Source of the DNA: Intoshia linei
Taxonomy: Eukaryota; Animalia; Orthonectida
Assembly: GCA_001642005.1 (NCBI GenBank)
Contig: LWCA01000234.1
Span: 1-37,989 of the forward strand
Length of the DNA: 37,989 nucleotides
Direction of reading: 5' to 3'
Shown here piece after piece: positions 1 to 11,200 of this stretch; position 1 is the first letter of the stretch, and each line of letters starts with the position of its first letter. The position numbers were made by a program, and so were the translations under genes. Below the pieces are notes generated by a model that worked only from the letters and a program-made list of their open reading frames with translations, had not been told where the DNA came from and made no database searches.

Positions 1-1301
1 TTTTATAATGCCAACAAAATTTTAAAAACTGTTAAAGATACATTAAAAAATGATATATTGTCTTTTAAACTAAAATTCTGTTTGCATTTTGACGGAAAAT
101 GTAAAACAGAAAAATTGGCAGTTTGCATTTCTGAAGAAAATTACGGAAGACTTATAGCCTTAAGATCTTGAAATAATGGTAAGGGTCGTACAATATGACG
201 AAATTGCAAATATTTTGGAGGAATTTAATCTAAATGATCAAATTGAAATGGTAATTTGCGATACGACAAACGCAAACACAGGTAAAAAACAGGGTGTCAT
301 AACATATTTAAAATCCATTATAACTAATTTTACTTATGAAGGTTGTCGGTTTCACATCCTAGGCCTGATTTTGAAGCATGTTTTTCTCGCAATCTTTAAA
401 GTAGATACAAATTCTCCAAACATACAATTTTCATTCGTCACAACACTTAAATAAAATTTTATATTGTTAAAATCACAATATACTGGTGAAATTGAAATCC
501 AAAACAACAGTTATTAGTGGTAATTGGCGCAATGATTACAAAGAATTGCAGAATCTTATTGACGCATACAAAACTCTCAGAAAATTTAAACAAAATCCTA
601 TCATCAACTTCATAAAACCTGGATGCATTTCAAATGCTCGATGGAATGGCAGAGCATTATATGCTTTAAAATCCTATATTATAAACATAGACAGATCCCC
701 TAAAGTTAAAAAAGTTTGCGATTTTATCGTTGATATTTGGTCTCAGTTGGTTCACCTGCAGATATCAAAGATTTGCAAAATGGAATTCGTTAGAAGAAGA
801 ATTGTTATTAAATGTAACATTACTATTATTATTTATTATTTATTATAGTATCCTAATGTATTAAAATGCTTAAATAAGCATTGAATTCGTGAAAACCCTT
901 TCAGTAATAGACTTAATATTTCATATACCAATGAAATACAGAAAGAAGCTTTGAAATGTATGGACGAATATTCGATCAGATGCAAATTGGATGAAAAAAT
1001 GGAACTAATTTGTATACAAAAATTTAATAATTACAATTAAATTATTTTATTTACCAATAATTCAATATAATCAGATGGGTATGAGGGTAAATAAAACGTT
1101 ACCCACAACTACGGATGTAAATAAAGTTATATTATCTAAATTATTTTTTCATTATTTTTACAAATAAATTAATCTGTCCCGCCTGAGCAAAATACTGTTA
1201 AATAAAAAACTAAATATTGTATCATACTCTATATCAAAAATGGACATACACTGAAAGATACTTTCTCAATTTCGAAAAAAATGTCCATTTAGGACACCCT
1301 A
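1..1301 (+). mobile_element. Degenerate hATm-type DNA transposon: transposase pseudogene plus right terminal inverted repeat (left end outside window)
   Basis: Motifs LHFDGK..EKLAVCIS (frame 1), ICDTTNANTG, GCRFH, RNDYKEL and PGCISNARW are interrupted by stops and frameshifts. The element ends in ...GGACACCCTA at 1301 (reverse complement TAGGGTG, the hATm terminus), followed by ATGCACAG. Confidence 0.8.
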
Positions 1302-2156
1302 ATGCACAGTGTACATTGTACACTTGGTTCGTATTACATTCATGAAATGAAACTACAATTTGTATTACTTTATTAAAGCCAAGCGATTAAAATGAATATT
1401 TTAAGAAAAAAACAAAAACAAAATTTTATATTAGTAAGAAAGCTAAATGCGAAGTTATGTCTATATAATCAAATCAAAATATTATCATTAGAAAAAGTAA
1501 ACGTCAACCTTAACAAGCAAAAAAATTGCTTAAATTAAAAGATGCAGATAATCCTTCAAAAATTATTTTTTTTTAATCTTCTTTTTTAATCTACTTTAAA
1601 GTTTCTGTCAAATTTAAATCTGTATAAACAATATATTAATTTAAATGAAAGTCACAAAATTCAAACAATATTAGCAGAGCCTAACCTACCCAGCTCAATA
1701 TCACCCGAAAAAGTTTCACAAACGATGCGTAATGTCACATAGTTCTAGCCATTTAATGCATTATTTTATTTTAACATCTTAAAATTTAACACTTAAAATA
1801 GTTATGATATTCAAGAATACAATTTTTTAAAGGTAAGTTTGAAAAAATGATGCCCCGTTCTACAAATGTTTTGCTGAGGAGGGTCTCGACTACGGTAGAT
1901 TCGGCACTGAATATTATAAAAAATTGTACATTTAAAAATTTCCTAAATGATGAAATTTTAAGTGGTTTCTTATTTTTATATTTATATTTTTGGCAAGAGT
2001 TAAGATAAATGCCAACTGTAAATGATAATTTACATATTTTAGCCTTTTTGAGTATATTTATAAATTGAGTAAGTGTAATAATTTTTGTAAAAAATATTTT
2101 TTACAATATTATATTATTTTAAATAGTGGTAATAATTTTAGTACCAGCCGTGCAAT

Positions 2157-2795
2157 TTAGTAATGAAAAAAATAACCAAAAAATGCTTCTCCAGACAGAA
2201 CAATATCTCTCAATATTATAGCAGTTGTTTTAAAATGATTTGATGAGCTTTCTTCAGGTGTGAATGTTTTATCATTTTCATATGTCACAGCTAATTCTCT
2301 TTGTAATTTAATGGTTCTCTGAAATAAAGACAATGTATTTCTTATAATTAACAACATCGTAGTATATTGCCGTTTATTTTCCAAAATTGTATTCATTTTA
2401 TATTCTAATATGGAATCTACTGTAATTGCACATTTTCCAATACTTTCGAAAACAAATTGTTTTGTTATTGTAAATGCATCCTTTGACCACTTTTTTATAT
2501 CGTCCAGTTTTCCAAGTCGATTCTTAATCACTTTACGTGTCCCACTTGGTGGATCAGCTGCATCTAAATGTAAACATTTTTTTTGGTTCAATTAGACTCT
2601 AACTTTTTCAGGGGTGGGGAAAACAAGCCGAATGTACCGTACCTGAAACCTCTCTTCCAGGGCTCTACGAAAGTTTCGTAAAATGGGTCTCCTTTTCAAA
2701 TTTAGCATTTAACGAAAAAAATATTTTTGAATACCATACCTATTTTGTTTCAAATTCAGATCTTCTAGAGCAGTGTTTACTAATCGTGTTTCCAT
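2157..2795 (-). CDS. Arfaptin-like (AH/BAR domain) gene, N-terminal half only; partial gene or pseudogene
   Basis: ORF 2157-2591 reads IKKWSKDAFTITKQFVFESIGKCAITVDSILE...KRQY...SGEAFFG, which parallels arfaptin IKKWGINTYKCTKQ..ERFGRGSRTVD..KRKY..NGETLLG. A candidate ATG exon lies at 2795-2740 but could not be spliced cleanly in frame. Exons for the C-terminal half were not found. Confidence 0.65.
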
Positions 2796-2862
2796 GAAAA
2801 TTTCGCGAATTTATTAGAATTATGAAAACTTTAGATAAATGTAATGCTAATTTTGTACAATC

Positions 2863-3492
2863 CCAACTTGACTCTTATGTACTTCGTACATAATAGCATC
2901 TAGTTCTGCTGTGATTGATGATAATGCTCATGATTTAAACAAATATCCAGAATTTGTTTTATAAAAATTTTTTTAAAATTCTAGGACTGTTTTTATTTTT
3001 AAAAAAAGGGTAATCTAGGATTTTGATTGTAAAAATTCACTTTTTTGAGGTTACATTTTATGATAATGCTTATTATGCTAAAACCTATCCCATAATTTAT
3101 GTTGTATAAAATTCTATATATTTTATATAGGAATTTCTTAATTTTTATAAAAAAGGTATTTTGTGGTTTTAGCCGTGAAGATATAAGATTTTGAAATTTA
3201 AAGTTATCATAATGTCGATGAATATACAATCTTTATCAGATTATGAATTTTTTATAATTCTAGGATGGATTTGAATTTAAAAAAAAATTACAATTTGGGT
3301 TTTTGACCTTTAATAACTCAATTTCTAAAATTGAAATTTGAAATAAAACAACACTGTTGAAAAATTGTAATAGAAATATGGAATTTTTAAAATTTGATGC
3401 CTCTTACTTTCTTAAATAAACTGGAACAAAAAGACAAATAAATAAATAAACCGACATACATTTTTAACTAATTTACTTTATATAAGTAAGGA
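2863..3492 (-). mobile_element. Non-autonomous Helitron (~630 bp)
   Basis: The minus-strand 5' end is A|TCCTTACTTATATAAAG at 3492. The 3' end carries a perfect hairpin TTATGTAC-TTC-GTACATAA about 11 nt from a degenerate CTAG. This 3' segment matches copies at 6749, 24938 and 25812, which retain CTAG|T. Confidence 0.7.
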
Positions 3493-5235
3493 TTATTTTG
3501 TTAAAGATTTCTACCACAAATTTAACAACAAACACTACAAAATATTGGCTCGTCCACCGACTTTGTAAACAATTTTCTTCCATACTAATATATCGAAAAT
3601 ATAATTCTATACTCATCAAATACTCACCGTTTTTTTAATTTTTATCAACAATTAATAAAACCAATCCATGTAAAGTAATTAACCAGAAAATGTAAATTAA
3701 ATTATAAAAATTATTTAAAATTTTTTTTTTAATTCTATTTTACATTAAAAAACACAGAAACAATTAAAAACAACAAAAACAACTAAAACAAACCTTCAAC
3801 AGAATAAACAATGTCAGTTCGCTGAGAATCGGTACATTTATTTTCATTGGCATAAAACTTTTCATAATTATCAAAATGTTCTGAATCCATAATGTAATAA
3901 ATGTTAAAAAACGTAAAAAATAAAACGTGTCACAATTAAGTATAAATAAAAAATAAATACGATCCATATCCAATAATCAATTCTATCTTCAATTCAAAAT
4001 GAAACTGCAAATACAGTTCTGCAGTGAAAAAGTAAAATAAAATAAAATAACTGGTAAAATACAATTAATAAAATAAAGAACTTTATAATATTACCATAAA
4101 TTACCAAGGCCTAAATCTACAAATCATTATATATAAATTGAATCAATGCAATGTATATTACAGATTGTAATTTATATTTAACTGTATAGTATACAGTGTA
4201 TACTGTCAACTCTTTAAATTTAATTTATATTTTTTAATTCAGGACGGTTCAACTACATAAATTAACATTAAATTTAAACAAATTTATATTTTAGAAAGAA
4301 CCAACTGGACATGAAAATGGAAAAAATTAATACATTTAAAAATGCCTTGAAATTTCTAATCTAAGTCAGAATATTATAATTTTTTACATTACTAGCTGAT
4401 TTATGACTTGTTACTAATCTAAATTGTATTTATAAATAAATTAAAAATCAAAGGGCGCTTTGTAAATTTAATAAATTTTTAAAAATACAAATTGTTCCAC
4501 CAAACTTGATATTATTTTTATATACATCTGTAATTGTAAAAAATATATGTACTAGTGCTTCAAATGGATCATTGATATCAAACTGAGTAGTCACAGCAGC
4601 AAAAAAACTTTATTCCATCACTATGTGAAATTTGCTAGATGAGTAGATAAATTGTCAACAAATTGAGCTTATGCGATATTTGTAGAATTTACGTTACTAC
4701 ACTGTACTTTACTCTCAAAACTAAGCGTAATATCTTGGTTATTTGTTATGGAGATTAGTATTTTTTTCAAATATTTATGATTACTAAATATCCTAATTTC
4801 TTTCGTGGAACCCACGTAATTTAATTAATTAATTGTAAAATTCGTGTTTATACAAAAATATATCTGCAAGCAACTAATATATGGGAATATCATAGAGACT
4901 TAGGTACTATTTTAACCAATATATAAATACAGTCTATACTTGTATGCATTAATCCTTCTCACAAATTTATGGATATTTACACATTTGTGATGTATATCGA
5001 CTTGTATGACCTGTTTATTAGTGTTTTATTTCTACGTAAATATATACAATACTTTCCCCAGTATCACTACAAAATACTTTAGTTTATAACTTGTTGTTTT
5101 ATTCCTTAGCAATACTGAAATATTTTAGTTCTCTAAATAAATACCAATTAGGTCAACTTCGGATTAATCATATTCTACCGAAATATTTTCAATTTGTGTG
5201 CGCCCTTTTTTAATTACTAATTCAAAAATTTAGTC

Positions 5236-8200
5236 ATGTCGGATTCATATTTAACTGCTTCCGCCGAATCAATTTCTAAAAAAAGAAGCATTGGGACCAA
5301 AGATTCTCTTATTTCTAGCCCCGATATAACAATATCTAAAAAACAAAGAATTATACAAAGCGAAGATATTAATTCTAATCAGTATCTTGATAAAACTGGT
5401 AATGTTTATTTATTGTAAATAATCTTTGATTTTTTAAATATTTTGTATTAATTTTTCATTTAATTATCATTGTTCAACGTTTTAATCTGTACAGCAGGTG
5501 GTACATCACAGGTTACTACCCTCATTTGGATTACAGTGATTCTGTAATCTCATTAACTTTTTATATCATTTATTAGATACATTTCAATATTGTAGATTAA
5601 CATGTATTTTTTATTTATAAATCTTTTTTGTTTTGCCTTTATGGAACAAGTCATTTTAATTTCATTAGTTTCTCAGGGGAGTCGTCAATTTTATGTGTTC
5701 ATGTTATTTCGCTTTAGTGTTGAAATTTCACCAACGCCATGTTTTATGAATGGTGTATAAAATAATTTTAAAAAAATTTTGGTTACTTACATTTGTTAAG
5801 TTTTTTTAATTATCAACGCAAATTTTTGATGTATTTTCAAATTGTGCGGTTAAATCTGTCTGATGCATAGTTGATGAGTCTGGTGAATCTGCAGAGAAAA
5901 TTTTGAATTACCGTACATCCGAACAAAATAATTTGAAAATTAATTGAATAGGGTGTATGAGTCAGTCCAGTTTGAATATGGAAAGTTTCATAATTTAACA
6001 ATTTATTTAATCAATTAAATTTGATTTGATATTTTTGTTGGGATTTACTGTATATTTCATAGTAAGTCATTGGTAATATTTAAGGTACATGGGCGAGACT
6101 AGGCATATATTAGTTACAAGAAACGTTTAATCGGCGTAATTAAATTTTCAGGATGCAGTCGCACATTCGACTACTAATCGTGTGGTTTTGATGCAGGTCG
6201 TCAATATACGTTCTTGTATTTTATTTTTTCAATCCACTTTTTGTGGGTCTCCTTAAGGAGAAGAAATTTCAAAGTTCAAGTGTTCGACCTTTATTTTGTA
6301 TTAATTATGTAATATTGATTGACTTATTTTTGATAATGTTATTTTCTAAATACATGTAATTAAAATTACGCTTTATTGCTGTGTTGGGAGAAATTAGATA
6401 ATTAATTATTTGCGTATATTGTTAAAAATTAATTTTTGTCATATTTCATGTTTTTTTTGCACAATGGGTTCGAGTATAGCGTCAAATTTTGAGATATATT
6501 CTAAAAACCTCCATCCGGTTAAGAAACCCCGTTTTAAACATTAATTTACTAAATTTAAGTAAGAGCTGAATTTTAAGTTTTGTTTCAATGGATTTCTTTT
6601 TGTTTTGCTAAAGACGAATTCTTCACTTTTGATTTGTTAAAAATAAATTATTTTCATTATTAATAATTTCTCAATTGATAGTACGCAATTTTATGTTCCA
6701 GATGATTTGAGCAACGAATTAATTTATATTTATTTTTTTATTATATTACTAGCTTGACTGTTATGTACTTGGTACAAATAGTAGCTAGTTCTACCGAGGT
6801 GGACTTTCAAATTAGGAAGGAAAAAGGAAAAATTTAATTTTCGTTTAATAGTTATTGGTTAATATAAATATTCTTATATATAAATAATATATAATATAAA
6901 TTATATAAAACGCAAAAAAAATTATAAAGTGATAATATTTTGGGTATTTCTAAGAAATTTTATTTTAAGTATCCACAAAAATTTAATATGAATTTACCCG
7001 TCCGTTTATCATCAAAATTTTAAAAAGTTAAAAAGTTCCGACTTGCTTGTTCAAATCTTAAGCGCTTATTAAGCTTTTCGATTTTAACTAATTTTTACGA
7101 GTGGATAATGCTATTCAGTATTTATAATTCAGTGGTATCGCATTGTGATCCCTGGACCCCTTAGGGGTCCAAACTATATGTCGGGTCCGTGAGATTTAAA
7201 AAAGATGAACAACATTTTGATCAATTTTTTTTTAATTTTATAGGAGAATTTTTAATATTTATTTCAGAATTGCCAGATGTTTGGAATTTAATCTAAAGTC
7301 TATACGACCGCTACATTATTATTTCAAAAACCCCGCTTTTATTCTACTATTAATAAAATTTACAATATTATAAGTATTAATAAAAAATACTATTTCAATC
7401 ACCCAGGGAAAAGTCGACTTTTAGTTATATATTTTTTTGAAAAATCCATTGAAAAATTAATCTAACCACTCGGGATAACTAACTCTAACTAATCGGGAAC
7501 TATGATTATAATTTAAACATTTTATGTAACTTGTTTATATCAATTATATGTGCCATTATGTAGTCTTAATTGAGTATTTTGATTAATTTATTGATATTTA
7601 TAAAAAATTTAGAGATTTCAATATCTGAAACCCGATCCAATAAATCTGTAGAATACATGCAATCAACAAATTCCAACAATGATATAAAAGATGGACCTCA
7701 AAATTTTGTGGCCTCAACACAAATTTTTTCTCCAAATTGCGAAAATGTGCAAATTAAAATGGACCAACCTATTAGTGATTCAATTGCTAATAGTGGAGAT
7801 ACAAGTGATTATGCTTACTTTGAAAAATATGCTACAAAATCAGTTGAGGCCAAGTGTTTAATTGAACACAAACCTGTTACAATGGAAAATGAATTCAACC
7901 AAAACGTTAAAGATAAAAACTGCGAAACTTTACCACAACCAATGTCTCAGGTTGAAAGGCACCACCATTTATCTCAATTACTATCTGCAGACATGTCAAA
8001 AAACGTTTATTCCAACCATAATTACCAAAAACGTAATGAAACGCCCAATTGCAATACCCCAGAACTAAAATTAAACATGCTCACTAGTCCACTTACTGCT
8101 CGTCTTAATTTGCCAACTTCGAATTTCGAAAATTTGAATAATAAAGGATCTTCATTTAAAAGAGTCTCAAGTTCGTATGGAGATTTAAATGATATTCATC

Positions 8201-11200
8201 GAAATTCTCCCAACTCGGTTCGTGTCATGTACGACGAAAATTATATAGTTAACCATTCTTATTCCAATAATCAAAACAACCAAAAATATCGGCCAGTGTC
8301 CATGAATTATCGACACCCAAAATCTATGGAAATATACAAAAACAAAATACCTTATCCAAACGAAATTTATAAAGGTCAAAATATGCAGACTAGGATGATT
8401 AAAAATCCAAATTTTAATCCGAATATTAATAGAATGCCGCAAAATATGTATCGTAAACGTATTCCAGAGTATCCGCAGTCTAATTTCAATGAACCAATGA
8501 GGTATCATTTTTCCTATGCACAACGAAAAATGGGTCCATCCGAAATTGAAGAAAATATGAATGAACAAGGTCAAATTAAATATTCTAACTCAAATGAACA
8601 GTCTCGTATGTTTTTTGATAACGGGGCACATAACCAAATTAACGATGTAAATAATTTTTTTTCACCTCATGACAAAAATGCAGTTGTTTCGTCTGTTGAA
8701 AATCCTAAGAATCCGGAACTATCTGTTCAACGTACTCTAACTTCAGAAGCTAACTTGTTGTGCTCTGATAACAAAATTCAGGCCATGAACCAATATAGAC
8801 AGGAGTATCAGAAAAGATTAGTGTTACTGTTACATGCTCATAAATGTATGCGGAGGGATGAAGCCAATAGAGAAGCAGTAGATTGCAAATTACCCCATTG
8901 TTTCAGTATGAAACGGATCCTCAAGCATGTTTCTACTTGCCGAGCTGGTCGGGATTGTAAAGGTAATTTTTTATTTTTTTTTAAAATATATGTAATTTTG
9001 AATTGGCTATTTTCAAAGTCTTCCGAACGGGTTTCTGATAACGTAATTTATGTGGGAATTTTGATATATTAAATATTGATTATTAATTTAATGATTAGAG
9101 GTCAACTACTAAAAGGTTTAAAAAACCGAGTAACAATTGGAAATCATTGTTCCACGAAGTGAATTTAGTAACCGACTTAAATCCAATGGCAGAAATTTAG
9201 CCGTGTTTAACATTTTTGTTTATTCAGATTGATTTTGAATTATATCAAAATAAATATTTTATTATTTTTTTTACCTATGGATTTTTTAAGAATTGACCAA
9301 AAGTTTGTATATTGATCGATTGTATTGTTTTGTTATTTGTTTATTGAAATGTAGAGATTTCCCACGTAAGCCATTTGACCCCTATACTCACTAAAAATAC
9401 ATATTTGGGGTATAGAATTGGAGGGCTCAGAAATTTTTATCAGAATGAAAATTACCCCCTTGAAGTATTTTTATTTATATTATAATTAAATATTATTATA
9501 TATACTAAAATGGTTTAAATTGACGTCATTACCATGTTAAATGTGCTAACCGCGTACATTTATAGTAAATTACGTTGACAACGTCTAAATAAAAAATATT
9601 AAATAGTACTTTCTTTAATTTTTTTTATTTTATGTTTGATTTTAACTTATAAAAGATAAATTTCATTGATAATTTAGTACCACATTGTTATTCGTCCCGT
9701 CAAATAATTTCGCATTGGAAAAATTGTACAAGTACAAGTTGTTTACATTGTATGCCACTGAAAACTGCATGTGATAAAAAGAAACAAGACGGTAATATAT
9801 TTTTATTTAAAATTTAATAAATTTCCAGCAAATTCAACAATCAATTTACAAATTGAAAAAGACTTTGAAAAACAAAAAATGATTCAAGAAACAAACAGTG
9901 CCTCTACTTGTCAAACAATGGCTACCCCTTTAACCTCTGATATTATATCTGCCACCAACGAAAACGTACATTCTGACGGTTCATCTCCATCTAAAATCCA
10001 AGGAAGATGTGTTGGTGTTTATGATGAAAACCGTGTTTATTACCGATTATTACAACCTAAACTTTCTCATCCGTGGCATACATCTATGCCCCCACGATTA
10101 AGACACTATTTTGTTGATAAATTGTAATATATTATTTTTAGTTTAGTTTTTATATATTTTTATTTTTTTGTAGAATTTCAACCGTTGTACCAAAACCTTC
10201 TCCAGTTTTATTTAAACAAAGAAAATCTATGGACACTTTATTTATTTTTGCCCAAGTTGTCGAGGTAGAAATGTACGAAAAGGCTGATTCACAGGTAATT
10301 TACAAATTGAAAATATTTAAAATAACCGTTATACATTTTATTATTTAGGAGAACTATTATCACATGTTGGCAGAAAAAATTTATAATATATCAAAAGAAT
10401 TGGAAAAAAGACGAAGGTGTATAGATAAAAGTAAATCTGATGATTCTCAAATTGAGAGTAATTGCATTTATTAATTTTTTAACAGTTTTCGTAGGCGTTG
10501 AAGAAACTAAACACGAAATTGAATATAATAAACCAGAAGATGTTAAGGAAAACATAGTAAAGGTTTTTTTAACTAAACATTTTATAAATTAAAAATTAGA
10601 TTGAACCTAAAATTAAAATTGAGAATAATAGTAAAATTGATGTAAAACCTCAAGACATGGATGTGGACAACGATGTTAAAAAACTGAGAAAACCGAAAAT
10701 ATTTAATGTTGATGAAATGCGTGTATCGTTTTTAAGAATTTTGGAAAGTATTTACAAACAAGAAGACTCGGAAGCATTTAGATACCCCGTTTCTAGCGAA
10801 GTTGTACCTGACTATTATAAAATTATAAAACACCCAATGGATTTATCAACTATAAAAACTCGATTAGATCAAGGATCCTACACTGATCCCTGGATGTTTA
10901 TTCAGGATGTCTGGCAAATGTTTGAAAACGCATGGATTTACAATAAAAAATCTTCTCATATTCACAAAAAGTCAACAAAATTAAGTGAACTCTTTCTGCC
11001 CGATGCAAATTTAATTATGAGATCAATGGGTTTATGCTGTGGCAGGTATTATGTGTATTATGCCAAGGCGCTCGGTTGTACTGGAAAATCAGGGTGTGTT
11101 ATTCCGAGGAATGGAATGTATTTTACTTATGATAATAGGATACATTATTGTGAAAAATGTTATAATGATATTAGCCTTAGTTATATTACATATGAAGACG

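Noticed and set aside
2999-3973. ORFs 2999-3229 and 3764-3973
   Set aside because: F/I/K/L-rich translations of AT-rich DNA; the first lies inside the Helitron.
7130-7200. hAT-like ends at 7130, 25078, 29860 and 36763-36935
   Set aside because: Likely TE fragments, but no partner end or TSD could be matched, so they were not delimited.
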